Below, one piece after another: positions 17,703 to 27,642 of a stretch of DNA of 64,000 nucleotides. This DNA comes from an uncultured virus (IMG/VR IMGVR_UViG_3300020037_002418). Taxonomy: Duplodnaviria; Heunggongvirae; Uroviricota; Caudoviricetes. The position numbers were made by a program, and so were the translations under genes. The number at the start of each line of letters is the position of its first letter. Position 1 is the stretch's first letter. The stretch lies in IMG/VR virus record IMGVR_UViG_3300020037_002418. The stretch is one strand, 5' to 3'. The notes beneath the pieces are model-generated. The model was not told the DNA's origin. It saw nothing but the letters and a program-made list of their open reading frames with translations, and did not search any database.

Positions 17703-18389
17703 GTGAACATTGAGTGCGGAAAGGAATTCGGCAGGCTAACCGTACTATCCAGGCACGGAACCGCCATTTTCGGAAAAGACAAGAAGCAGGTGTCAACGTG
17801 GCTCTGTAAGTGTGCTTGCGGGACAGAGCTTGTGGTTAGCCGCAACTCGCTGCGGAAGGGTACAGGGTCGTGCGGATGCCTCCAAAGGGAGCGGGCCAAG
17901 GAGCATCACCTTAAGCACGGGAAGGCTGGAACTAGGATGTACGGCCTGTGGCAGCAGATGGTGCAGAGATGCAATAGCCCTCTGAACGAAGCATACGGAA
18001 AATATGGTGCCGCTGGTGTTTCTGTGTGTGACAGATGGCTTGGCGAGTCTGGCTACGAGAACTTCATGGCAGACGTAGGGAACTCTCGGCCGAGCACTGC
18101 TTACTCGCTGGATAGGTTTCCTAACCCGTTTGGTAATTACGAACCAGGGAACGTCCGATGGGCCACCAAAAAAGACCAGGCCAGAAACCTGAGGGCCACA
18201 TGCTGGATCTTGCTCAATGACGCAAGAATTCACCCAGTAGATGTTGCCAAGGCAGTTGGCATGAAAGACGTCTCTGGACTTCTCAAGCGAATCAAGAAAC
18301 TAGGCCTTCCTAAAGGGCCCACTTCTGCCGAATTAGTCCTTACTAAACAAGAACAGGAGATTGTTAAGTGCAAATTTCAGCCAGCGTAG
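17703..18389 (+). CDS. HNH-type homing endonuclease
   Basis: GKEFGRLTV...WLCKCACG...SCGC...YGAAGVSVCDRW...SLDR...NYEPGNVRWAT. Confidence 0.85.
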   Translation: MNIECGKEFGRLTVLSRHGTAIFGKDKKQVSTWLCKCACGTELVVSRNSLRKGTGSCGCLQRERAKEHHLKHGKAGTRMYGLWQQMVQRCNSPLNEAYGKYGAAGVSVCDRWLGESGYENFMADVGNSRPSTAYSLDRFPNPFGNYEPGNVRWATKKDQARNLRATCWILLNDARIHPVDVAKAVGMKDVSGLLKRIKKLGLPKGPTSAELVLTKQEQEIVKCKFQPA

Positions 18390-19279
18390 CAAATGTTGAT
18401 GACCTAAAGGAAGAGCCATGGAATGGACCTAACGGTCCAATGTGGTTCGTTCAGGGGAAGTTCGAAGATGGCTCGATCTTCTCAAGGGGTGCCAAGAGCC
18501 TCGATAACGCCAGCAAGCTCCACTCCGAGTGGTCTGGACTTGCTGGAAAAGGTCCAGGACCTTGGGAGGTAGAGCAGTCTGGTGAGTTTCAGGGACATAA
18601 AAAATACAAGGTATCCTCGTGGCCGGGGAAGCCGGAGAGATCATTCGGTGGTGGCGGAGGAGGCGGCTTCTCGGGTGGCGGTGCCAAGAAAGAGTACGTG
18701 CCCCGCTATAAGGACACCATCGAAGGTGTACTGGCGGAGCAGGACTCCATCCACCGCTCCGTGGCCCTCACCCAGGCCGTGTCTCTCCTGACTGGTTCCT
18801 CCAAGGACCCAGTCGATGCCATCGCCGCTGCTGAGCGGTTCTACCAATGGCTCTCCAAGGACCGGCCCACGCCCATTCCAGAGCCCACTCAACCGGCTCC
18901 TCTCGCCCCTCCTGGGCCACCCGCCCCCCGAGAGACTATCGGCTCCTTTGATCCCCTGAAGGACCAGAAGGACTTCTTTGGTGGCTCCCTAACCACGGGC
19001 GACAAGATCAAGTCCCAGACCGTCCAGAAGTACTTGGATGAGTTCGAGAAGGCTGTGAAGGGCAAGGACGTGGATCGGGTCGAGAAGCTGGCCCAGATGG
19101 TCACTAAGTCCCTTGAACAGAAGACCGTCACTCACACCGACATTGATTCTTGGCTGGAGCCGGCCATTGTGGATTCCCGCAAGGCCCTTCGCTCCGCTGA
19201 AGAATACGACAAGTGGTACGCCCGTACCCTCAAGAACGCTCAAGAGAAAGAACGGAATAGCGACTCGATTCCATTCTAA
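18368..19279 (+). CDS. putative single-stranded DNA-binding protein
   Basis: Beta-rich N-terminus, Gly-rich linker and acidic C-terminal DSIPF tail typical of SSBs. Confidence 0.5.
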   Translation: MQISASVANVDDLKEEPWNGPNGPMWFVQGKFEDGSIFSRGAKSLDNASKLHSEWSGLAGKGPGPWEVEQSGEFQGHKKYKVSSWPGKPERSFGGGGGGGFSGGGAKKEYVPRYKDTIEGVLAEQDSIHRSVALTQAVSLLTGSSKDPVDAIAAAERFYQWLSKDRPTPIPEPTQPAPLAPPGPPAPRETIGSFDPLKDQKDFFGGSLTTGDKIKSQTVQKYLDEFEKAVKGKDVDRVEKLAQMVTKSLEQKTVTHTDIDSWLEPAIVDSRKALRSAEEYDKWYARTLKNAQEKERNSDSIPF

Positions 19280-19313
19280 TGTTTTGTTTTCGTAACCCAC
19301 AGGAGAATTTGTT

Positions 19314-19979
19314 ATGGCTGTTAAAGCCAAGGCCCCGGCTGCCACGAAGCCGGAATTCGGGACCATGAAGCGGATGGCGATAGCCGACCTTCGTGGTGCC
19401 ACCCACAACCCCAAGAGCCGCACGGCTTCTAACTCTAATCCGCTCAAAAGGCTGATCCGGAGCATCGAAGAGATCGGGTTGATCTACCCGATTGCCATCG
19501 ACAAGGAAGGAACCGTCATCGACGGCCACCGTCGCCTCACAGCCTGTAAGCACATGGGCTGGACCGAGGTGCCGGTGATCGTGGTTCCCAATGAGAACGC
19601 CTCCCTGGTCTACGCTGAGGTGAATGCCAACGCGGAGATGATGTCGGGCCTCCAGATCCTCCAGGTCTACTTGCAACAGCCCGATGCTGTGGCTGCGAAG
19701 ACTCGGAAGACGTTGGAGCGGTACGAGGAGGTGTTCGGTCGAGTGACCATGAAGAAGCTGGTGAAGGCCAAGCTCTCGTTCCACACCTTGGGACTGGCTC
19801 AACGCATCGCCCGGTACGTGGAGGATGAATCGGACGAGTATCTCAACAAGGTGGTGGAGTACCTCATCACCAAACGCAACGGCCGGATCGTGCGGAGCTA
19901 CATCACCCTCAAACAGGCCCCGAGCACGCTCTGGGACGTGATCCGTAAGGGTCGCAACTTAGAACTGGCCTTCACTTAG
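19314..19979 (+). CDS. ParB/Srx N-terminal domain protein
   Basis: NPK...LIRSIEEIGLIYPIAI...VIDGHRRLTAC. Confidence 0.85.
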   Translation: MAVKAKAPAATKPEFGTMKRMAIADLRGATHNPKSRTASNSNPLKRLIRSIEEIGLIYPIAIDKEGTVIDGHRRLTACKHMGWTEVPVIVVPNENASLVYAEVNANAEMMSGLQILQVYLQQPDAVAAKTRKTLERYEEVFGRVTMKKLVKAKLSFHTLGLAQRIARYVEDESDEYLNKVVEYLITKRNGRIVRSYITLKQAPSTLWDVIRKGRNLELAFT

Positions 19980-19985
19980 TTTGCA

Positions 19986-20055
19986 GCCCCTATAGCTCAA
20001 TGGCAGAGTCCGGCATTGTAGGCCGGGGAAACCCGTTCGAATCGGGTTGGGGGCC
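19986..20055 (+). tRNA. tRNA-Thr(UGU)-like, atypical
   Basis: GCCCCTA/TGGGGGC acceptor, GCTC-AATGGCA-GAGT D arm, CCGGC-ATTGTAG-GCCGG anticodon arm, ACCCG-TTCGAAT-CGGGT T arm; no encoded CCA. Confidence 0.7.
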
Positions 20056-20339
20056 CTCTATTGGCCATGGATGGCCATTTTCTACTCTTCCTTTTGGTTG
20101 AGCGTCCGTTCTACAAGGATTACTCCATTGCGTCAGAAACTTGAGGAAGCTATTGTTGCCTGCACCACTCTCATTGAACTCATGCAGTCCACGGACTTAA
20201 TGGTTCAGGAGGAGGCGGTGGATGCGGCGAGAGGCATGTTGTGGCGGTGGGTCGATGAGGGAAACGCTACCGAGTTGCTGAACCTCATCGGAGCCATCCG
20301 CCTGGTTACCAAGATGTCACTCGATCACCTGGAGGATAA

Positions 20340-20675
20340 ATGACCGACAAATACAAACTCGTGGGGCACGAAGTGGTGCCCTGCGAGAGCCTTGAGGAAT
20401 GGGCGGATTGGTATGAGTCCACGTTTAAGAAAGACGGGCCTAGCCGTATCGTCAAAAGGACTGAGATCGGAGAAGCTACAGTTTCCACCGTCTTCCTAAG
20501 CATCGACTACAACTTTTTTAACGAGGGTTCGCCTATCCTGTTTGAGACTATGTGTTTTTGGTCTAATAATCCTGAGCTAAACGGAACACAGGAAAGGTAT
20601 TCAACATGGGAACAGGCGGAAGCAGGCCACAATCGGATGGTGGGACTCATGAAGGCGGCGATGGGGGGAAGCTAA
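20340..20675 (+). CDS. conserved phage hypothetical protein
   Basis: VSTVFLSIDYNF...PILFETMCF...RYSTWEQAEAGH pattern. Confidence 0.7.
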   Translation: MTDKYKLVGHEVVPCESLEEWADWYESTFKKDGPSRIVKRTEIGEATVSTVFLSIDYNFFNEGSPILFETMCFWSNNPELNGTQERYSTWEQAEAGHNRMVGLMKAAMGGS

Positions 20676-21127
20676 GTCTCCTACTAGAGTCTGGTAAAGT
20701 CGTCACATCAACAGATGGGTGCTGGGAGTGGCGTGGCACCATGCATTCGTGCGGATACGGATACAAAAACTCTGGTGGAAAATCGCATCTCGCACATCGA
20801 CTCGCTTACGAGGCAGTCAATGGACCAATACCACGCGGTATGGTCGTAATGCACAAGTGCGACAACCCACCGTGCGTCAGGCCCGATCATCTTGCCGTTG
20901 GCACACAGGCAGAGAACATACGGGACTGCAAGAGAAAGGGCCGAATCTCAAGGATCGCGAAGGCCAGTGGCGAGAAGAACGGGAATTCCATCCTCACCAA
21001 AGATCAGATCGTTGAAATTAGGCAAAAGTATGCCAGCGGTAAGTACACGCTAAAGGACCTTGGGGGCGAGTATAAAACTCACTTCTCAAATATCAGCCTT
21101 ATAGTTCGCAATAAGGTCTGGAAGTAG
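20606..21127 (+). CDS. HNH endonuclease (HNH_3 type)
   Basis: CWEW...GYG...AHRLAY...GPIP...VMHKCDNPPCVRPDHL..GT..EN; start uncertain. Confidence 0.9.
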   Translation: MGTGGSRPQSDGGTHEGGDGGKLSLLLESGKVVTSTDGCWEWRGTMHSCGYGYKNSGGKSHLAHRLAYEAVNGPIPRGMVVMHKCDNPPCVRPDHLAVGTQAENIRDCKRKGRISRIAKASGEKNGNSILTKDQIVEIRQKYASGKYTLKDLGGEYKTHFSNISLIVRNKVWK

Positions 21128-21197
21128 CCGCTTGATGAGTCCGGTTGCAACCGCTACATTCTGGGGCATCACCTCTTCCTCTGCCCCAGGATTCTTT

Positions 21198-21881
21198 ATG
21201 GCAACGGCTCTCTCCACCGACAAAGACGTCAAGCTCGCCGAACTCACGGCCCGCGTGAAGTTCATTCACCGCAACATCCTCGCCAGTGCTAAATCCACCG
21301 TGGAGCTGGCCATGGATGCGGGTAAATGGCTCATCAGCATCAAAGAGATGCTCCCCCACGGTCAATTCGAGAAGTACCTCGAAGAGCACGAGATCATCGG
21401 CACCCGTACCGCCCGTCGGTACATGGAGCTGCATGAGAAGTGGCCGCTGATCGAGAAGGAGCTAGGCCCCGATGCCTACGTCTCCACGATTGATGGCTGC
21501 CTCAAGATCGTAAAGCCACCCAAGCCAAAACGGCCTGTGACGGCCGATTTCCCCCCCACGGAGGTAGTCCATGATGAAGCTGGAGAAGATTCGGACAGTC
21601 TTAGCCTCGATCCAGCAGTTGCGGAGGCTGCCCAGGAAATCCGAGCTCGAAGAGAAGCTAGAGAAGTCGCTGAGAAGGACGGTGGGTCTGCTACTGGAAG
21701 TGGAGTTCGACCTACTAAACCTAGTGCTAAGTCCCTCGAAGCGGCCCTCGAAAAGGAGTTCGGGGTCCTCACGGAGCTCCTCGAAGACTACCACGCCCTA
21801 AAGCCGTCCAACCAACACTTTGACTGCCAACAATCCCTAGATTCTTGTTATGGAGAGTTTCGCAAATGGAAGCGAGAATGA
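21198..21881 (+). CDS. DUF3102-like protein
   Basis: AMDAGKWLISIKEMLPHGQFEKYLEE...RTARRYMEL. Confidence 0.75.
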   Translation: MATALSTDKDVKLAELTARVKFIHRNILASAKSTVELAMDAGKWLISIKEMLPHGQFEKYLEEHEIIGTRTARRYMELHEKWPLIEKELGPDAYVSTIDGCLKIVKPPKPKRPVTADFPPTEVVHDEAGEDSDSLSLDPAVAEAAQEIRARREAREVAEKDGGSATGSGVRPTKPSAKSLEAALEKEFGVLTELLEDYHALKPSNQHFDCQQSLDSCYGEFRKWKRE

Positions 21882-22288
21882 CCATTCAGGAATACATTAA
21901 CTCGGTTCGGCAGTCCCTGAACAGCATCGAGCAAGATGCCGACACGGGAACCGATCCTGGGCCGCCGTGCAACGAAATCAACTTCTCGAACCTGGAAGCG
22001 ATTGCTGGTGCCTTGGCGAGGAGGTATCGCAACTATGCCAAGTTTAGAAAGGATCTGGAACGACATACTGGATCGTAAGGGCTACTCACCAACACACTTT
22101 TTTACAAGGAAATGAGCGATGGCAAATGACTTGCTTGGGGCGATTTTGGAACTAGCGATTACGCGTCTGCTTTGGTGGGCAGTGGCGGTTGCCATCGGCA
22201 TGTTGGCCGTGGGCATCGGTGTTGGCTGGCTGGTCTGGGGCTAGCCGCGTGAGTTGTTTCGTAAGTCCAAAGAAAAAAGGAGAGACCG

Positions 22289-22612
22289 ATGGAAGAGAGA
22301 ATAGAAGCAGAGTTTGCCGGTTTTCGGGAGAGAATCGACAATGCCAAGCGGGTGCTGGAGATGTGCCAGGAGATCGAAGCCGAGATCATGAATGTCGCGG
22401 ATGAGCACGAGCGGCTGGGGGACCGGGGCATGGCGGATCGGGCTGAACGGATGAAGACCGCTGACCACAACCGGTTCTACCAGATGAGTGACGAGTACAC
22501 GGAAGTGGTACAGGAGACCATCCCAGCCATGGTCAGCCTCGTGGAGACCCTCATGGGAGTCTTCGGCGGGGCCGCAGAGTCGGAGCAACGCAAGGCAGCG
22601 ATCAGAAACTAA
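22289..22612 (+). CDS. hypothetical helical protein
   Basis: AAGGAG RBS. Confidence 0.6.
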   Translation: MEERIEAEFAGFRERIDNAKRVLEMCQEIEAEIMNVADEHERLGDRGMADRAERMKTADHNRFYQMSDEYTEVVQETIPAMVSLVETLMGVFGGAAESEQRKAAIRN

Positions 22613-22630
22613 CAGGAAGTCTCGTCACGG

Positions 22631-24175
22631 ATGGCCATCACCCTCAGGATCTATCAAACCAACTCCATCGAGGCCACCTTTCAGGCGTGGCGAGATGGTT
22701 ATCGTTCGGTGGTCCTCGTGTGCCCCACGGGCTCCGGAAAACGCCTAATGTCCCTTTGGATTATGCAGTATGCGGCGGATGCGGGGCGGAAGGTGCTCTT
22801 CGTAGGCAACCGTCGGCTCCTCATCACCCAGGCCCAGGCTGATGCGGAGAAGCACGAGATCCCCTTCGGCGTGATCATGGCCGACAATGAGTGCGGGGAT
22901 GCCGCCGCCAGCAACCAACTCGCGTCCATTCAATCCCTAGAGAGCTGGTACTTTTATGACAAGTTCAGCAGTATCCCTACGGGGACCGGACTGCCTCCAG
23001 CGGACCTCCTCATCATCGACGAGGTGCATCAAGACGGGGCCCGCTACGAGCAGCTCCTCAAGTTCTATCCAGATGCAAAGGTACTTGGCCTCACTGCGAC
23101 TCCAGTTGGGCCCGAGGGGACTGCTATTGTCCCTCGGCTATATGATCGTCTCGTGGAAGGCGTGAAGAACTCGGAGTTGATCCGGGATGGATTCCTCTTA
23201 CCCACTACCGTCTATGCCCCTTCCGAACCCAACATCGAAGGCGTCCGACTCGTCAAAAGAGGCGAATACAATCAATCTCAGTTGGGTCGAGCTGTGCAGG
23301 AATGCACCGTGTTCGCCGACGTTTTCAGTGAGTGGCAAACTAAAGCTAGTGACCGTGCGACAGTTGCTTTCGTGCCCGGCATACCGTTCGGGCGTGATCT
23401 CGTCCGGCAGTTCAATTTCCTACTCGGTCCAGGATCTTTCTACCTCATAGAAGCCAAAACGAAGCACCATGAGCGTGAGGAGATATTCCAGAAGGTTCGG
23501 GATGGCGAAGCCCAGGGGATCGTCAGCGTCGATGTTCTTAAGGAAGGGTTTGATCTGCCGGTATTGTCCGCCGCAATCGACTTACAGCCCAACAGTCAGC
23601 TCAGGAGCTACTGGCAGAAGATAGGACGAATTAAGCGGCCTTTCGGATCACAAACCGAGGCTATCTACCTCGACTTTGCGGGCAACTATTGGAAGTTCCC
23701 CCACCCCAACCAAGACCCTGAGTGGCCCACCGGCGAAGAAACCACCCAAGACACGATCAAGAAAGCCCGCACCAAAGGCGAAGCGTCCCAGCCGATAATG
23801 TGTCCGCAATGCGGTTGCGTAAGAGAAGGTGGGGCCGTCTGCAAGGGCTGCGGGTTCCGTGCCGAAGGAGCCATCCGCCGTATCCGTATGGGCAATGGGA
23901 AGCTCAAAGAGATCCCGGCCCACGCTAAGGAGAAGGTCGAGAAGAGCGAGTCCGAGAAGCTGTTCGCCAAGTGGCAGCAGCGGCTCTTCGGGGCCCTCAA
24001 GAGCGGTATCAGCTACGCTCAGTGTGCCGAGATCTTCCGACGGGAGACCGGGAAGTACCCCTTACCCCATTGGGTGGGCGTCTACCCTAAGGATTCAGTC
24101 CAAGCGAAACAACACCCGAAACGACACTTCACCCCTGGCCAATTGGCCATGGCTTGTCGTAAATCACCCAAGTAA
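22631..24175 (+). CDS. superfamily 2 DNA helicase (DEAD/DEAH, ResIII-like) with Zn ribbon
   Basis: PTGSGK, IIDEVH, GLTATP, EGFDLP, QKIGR and CPQC..CKGC motifs. Confidence 0.9.
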   Translation: MAITLRIYQTNSIEATFQAWRDGYRSVVLVCPTGSGKRLMSLWIMQYAADAGRKVLFVGNRRLLITQAQADAEKHEIPFGVIMADNECGDAAASNQLASIQSLESWYFYDKFSSIPTGTGLPPADLLIIDEVHQDGARYEQLLKFYPDAKVLGLTATPVGPEGTAIVPRLYDRLVEGVKNSELIRDGFLLPTTVYAPSEPNIEGVRLVKRGEYNQSQLGRAVQECTVFADVFSEWQTKASDRATVAFVPGIPFGRDLVRQFNFLLGPGSFYLIEAKTKHHEREEIFQKVRDGEAQGIVSVDVLKEGFDLPVLSAAIDLQPNSQLRSYWQKIGRIKRPFGSQTEAIYLDFAGNYWKFPHPNQDPEWPTGEETTQDTIKKARTKGEASQPIMCPQCGCVREGGAVCKGCGFRAEGAIRRIRMGNGKLKEIPAHAKEKVEKSESEKLFAKWQQRLFGALKSGISYAQCAEIFRRETGKYPLPHWVGVYPKDSVQAKQHPKRHFTPGQLAMACRKSPK

Positions 24176-24547
24176 AATACAGGAGTTATCAGCCTGAGTC
24201 CCAGCCGGAATGACCTTCACAGGATTAGGCCAGGTTAAATGTGGTGGTTGCTCCATGCCACCCCTCCTTACCTGCGTCCTGATGGACTGACGAACCTCTC
24301 CTCCGGCTCGGGCTTTGGCTGCTAAACATCGCAGGATGCGTCAATGGCTTTCTGATCGCCGTGCCTATGCCATCTATCGGCAATGGCTCTCTTCCCCCTA
24401 CCGTCAGTACGGTGGTGGCTACGACCAAATCGAACACTTCCGGGAGTGGGTCTATAAGCACTCCGATAAGTTCTTTGACATCACCCAAGCCTGGCCCGAC
24501 CAGCCGCTGAAGGGGTGCTGTGACTGCCTAATCATGGATGTACCGAA

Positions 24548-24973
24548 GTGAGAAGAGTCAGCAAGAAGCGGGCTAAGACCAACAAGGAAGCCGACGAGTG
24601 GCGGGCTGAGTTCAAGGACTCCGTTGGTAGGTGCGAGTACTGCCTCAAGAAGGCCGCGGGAAGCTCGCTAGACGCCGATGAGATTAGTAGGGGGTGCTGT
24701 CGCAAGATATCCCTGATGGCTCCCTATGCGATCCTGGTGCTGCACAGGCACTGCCACAACCACTGCCAGAATATGAGCCGGGCGAAGCGACTAGCCATCT
24801 TGATGCTGGCCCGTCCAGAGGCGTACGATTTGGAGTTGTTCTGGCAACTGACCAGACGACGCTGGCCCGATCAGGAGGATGTGGATCGGGAGGCGGAAGC
24901 CCTCCTCCGGGAACGTCTCGCTAATGGCATCTCTCTCCAACACAGAAGTTCGCCAGCTCGCCAAGACCAGTAA
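24548..24973 (+). CDS. HNH-like Zn-binding protein
   Basis: GRCEYC...DEI..G...LHRHCH (degenerate). Confidence 0.5.
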   Translation: MRRVSKKRAKTNKEADEWRAEFKDSVGRCEYCLKKAAGSSLDADEISRGCCRKISLMAPYAILVLHRHCHNHCQNMSRAKRLAILMLARPEAYDLELFWQLTRRRWPDQEDVDREAEALLRERLANGISLQHRSSPARQDQ

Positions 24974-25313
24974 GAAGACCGAGCTAGAAGATGCCTTCTA
25001 TCTCCACTGGCAGTTGATGTTCCCCGATCTTCCGGCCCCAACTCGCCAGCACCCTATTCTCAACCCCAAGACCAACCGCCACTGGAAGCTAGACTTCGCC
25101 TGGCCAGAAGATGGGAAAATCTTCGTTGAACTACAAGGTGGTGCCTTCATACGAGGAGGCCATACGACCGCCCTTGGGCAACATGCGGACTACGAGCGAC
25201 AAAACATGCTCACTCGTATGGGATGGAGAGGGCTCTATTTCAATACGGTGGCACTGAAAAACATGGCGGAAGTCGTCGAGTTTGTCGCCGAGACGTTATG
25301 CAACGCTAAATAA
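24924..25313 (+). CDS. DUF559/Vsr-like PD-(D/E)xK endonuclease
   Basis: WKLDFAWP...FVELQGG...H...DYERQN...GWR. Confidence 0.8.
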   Translation: MASLSNTEVRQLAKTSKKTELEDAFYLHWQLMFPDLPAPTRQHPILNPKTNRHWKLDFAWPEDGKIFVELQGGAFIRGGHTTALGQHADYERQNMLTRMGWRGLYFNTVALKNMAEVVEFVAETLCNAK

Positions 25314-25341
25314 GATGCCCTGGACTCATACTCCAGAGCGC

Positions 25342-27195
25342 CTACGGGCGTAAAAGCGTGTTCATTCGGTTGCGTCGGCCGCCGCTAGCCGCCACGTATT
25401 CACCCATCCCAATCGTATAACCCACTCCCTCGTGAGCGGCGTCTTTGAGTTGCAAGCCAGCCGCTCCGGTGACGCTCCACTTTGCCCGCAACCTGGGGAT
25501 GAGGGCTGAGTCACCAGCGGCAATGATGAGCGATGGGTCTTCAAACACGATGTCGAGCGTGTTGTCTAAGACTCCCGTGCCGCCGTTTTCCAGACCCCAA
25601 TCATTCGGCGTATAGGTGCTGTCAACGATTGGGTCGCTGGTCACAACCACGTCGTCATGGCCGACTTGAGAGTTAGGAAATGGGGTATTTGCTGAGATAC
25701 GCACGCGACTGTAACCAGTCACAGTAGCTTGAACCGTTGTCGAATTGTATTTGCAGGTGCAGTTCAGCGTCGGGTTGTAGAATCCATTGAACCCGGCATC
25801 CACAACAGCATTGACCGCACCGTCAACGCCTCCGCCTGAATCGCTGATGGCTTTACAGCCGGTGGTTGTTCCATAACTCACGAGCAGGTTTGATCGGCAC
25901 GACGCAATCTGACCAGCGAACGAGCCGCCTAAATGGTTCTGCCGCATCAGGCCGCACTCGCCACCTGTCGCGACCATCGTATTGTGTTCAGCATATTGAA
26001 TCACAGTCGATCCAGACGACTCAGCGGTGACAAGACATGCACTGGTTTTACCAACGCCATCTGGCAGAACGAGGCATCCGCTAACGACCAAATTGCTAGA
26101 ACCGGCCGGCGGAGCTATACCGTCGCCCTCACCACCGGCATTGTCACCGGCAACCCAAAAGATGAGGCCAGTGAAGGACAAGTCACGCGACGTGTTATCA
26201 ACTGAAATGAAGTGGGGATTGGCAATGTCCCCAGGCTTTATGTATAGGCAGTCCCTTTGTGGCCCTCGCGTCGACGTTTGAAGATCATCGGACGGGTTGA
26301 AAATTACATTCGAGTGAAATCTATCGTCGCTGGCCCAGTCTGACCCAGTGCTTGCAAAGAGGCTAGAGAGGAATACGTTATTCGATACCGTCAAGCGAGT
26401 CGGAAACTTCGGGATCGCCACCTTGCCATCAAAGCTATTTGAATCTATCAGCCACGTTCCGGCTGACCCAGAATCATCGAAGCTGAACAAGGCACAAAAC
26501 GAATTGTCCCCGTAAGTTGTGGCTATCGAGTCATAAAATTTATTACTTTGGAACGTGTAATCCTGACTCCAGGTTCCAGCTTGTGCCAGAAAGTAACTAG
26601 CTCGTGTTAATGTCACGTTCGTTATGGATATGGCTTGCGGGCTAGTACCGGAACTTCTTGCGAGGGAAATCACCCCAAATTTTGTCGATGTTCCAAGGTC
26701 GATAAAATCCGTAAAGGTCGCAGTAGTTATTCCTCCGTTCCGGTTGATGCCACCTTCCTCGAAGTAGGCGGCAAGTCCACCGAGGCTCTTATCAGTGTCA
26801 ATCGTAACGTGCGATCCAGATGTGCCGTTACACGACCAATGCACCGTCTCAGTCATAGCCACTTTGTATTGCTGGCCAGACGGAGGCAGCCAGATCAGCG
26901 ATGCACCCGCACCGATGACGATGCTGTTGGTGAGCAGATAATCCGCCCACGCGTTCAAGTCTCCTTTGAGCGTGAAGGCAACATTGGGATTGATCGTCAG
27001 TGTCCTGCCGCCCACGTAGGCGAATGCCGCTGCCGCAGTGCCACCCGTACTAGGGCTGCTACCAGCTTCGCCATTGGCCGTGACCGTTACGCTGTGCGAG
27101 TACGTTTCGGTATCGCCAGCAACGGGCGCAACACCGCCGGTCCAAGTCGAGCCGGTTTCGCGATTACCGGCCTGCGTCGTGGTTTTCGCGGCCAT
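25342..27195 (-). CDS. beta-helix-like virion or receptor-binding protein
   Basis: Ser/Thr/Gly-rich; N-terminal TWTGGVAPVAGD..T..HSVTV motif; repeated xNx-F beta-helix turns. Confidence 0.55.
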   Translation of the reverse strand: MAAKTTTQAGNRETGSTWTGGVAPVAGDTETYSHSVTVTANGEAGSSPSTGGTAAAAFAYVGGRTLTINPNVAFTLKGDLNAWADYLLTNSIVIGAGASLIWLPPSGQQYKVAMTETVHWSCNGTSGSHVTIDTDKSLGGLAAYFEEGGINRNGGITTATFTDFIDLGTSTKFGVISLARSSGTSPQAISITNVTLTRASYFLAQAGTWSQDYTFQSNKFYDSIATTYGDNSFCALFSFDDSGSAGTWLIDSNSFDGKVAIPKFPTRLTVSNNVFLSSLFASTGSDWASDDRFHSNVIFNPSDDLQTSTRGPQRDCLYIKPGDIANPHFISVDNTSRDLSFTGLIFWVAGDNAGGEGDGIAPPAGSSNLVVSGCLVLPDGVGKTSACLVTAESSGSTVIQYAEHNTMVATGGECGLMRQNHLGGSFAGQIASCRSNLLVSYGTTTGCKAISDSGGGVDGAVNAVVDAGFNGFYNPTLNCTCKYNSTTVQATVTGYSRVRISANTPFPNSQVGHDDVVVTSDPIVDSTYTPNDWGLENGGTGVLDNTLDIVFEDPSLIIAAGDSALIPRLRAKWSVTGAAGLQLKDAAHEGVGYTIGMGEYVAASGGRRNRMNTLLRP

Positions 27196-27629
27196 TAGCA
27201 ATGCTCCAATTCAGGGCGATCAACGATCAGGTTTCCAAGCAACATGGCAACACGTTCGCAGCTTCGCACCTGTTTACTCATCACGGGCGAGTTAAACACG
27301 ACGCAATCCACCAAGTCCCAGCGGTCGCTGGCGGCTTCGAGGTGACACGCCCCCATGAACAGGCAGTCGATATAGAACTTGCCTGTGGTCGGAATGATGG
27401 TGTCGCAGAAGACGGAACCGTAGATGATCTCGCAGTCCGGTGGCGGGCAGTGGCCGTAGCGGGCGATGGTGTAATCAACCACTTGCCAGCGGGTCGGCTG
27501 TGATTCTTTGGGTGTATTGATCGTGCGGGCATTGCGACGATTCGGCGGCAAGTAGTCGCGGCGCAGCAGGGCATCTAGCTCACCTAATTCGAGCGTTTGA
27601 ACGTCGTGCTGTCGTACTTGCTGAATCAT
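27195..27629 (-). CDS. hypothetical protein
   Basis: 144-aa ORF between two co-oriented genes. Confidence 0.45.
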   Translation of the reverse strand: MIQQVRQHDVQTLELGELDALLRRDYLPPNRRNARTINTPKESQPTRWQVVDYTIARYGHCPPPDCEIIYGSVFCDTIIPTTGKFYIDCLFMGACHLEAASDRWDLVDCVVFNSPVMSKQVRSCERVAMLLGNLIVDRPELEHC

Positions 27630-27642
27630 TGGGCGTTCTTAC

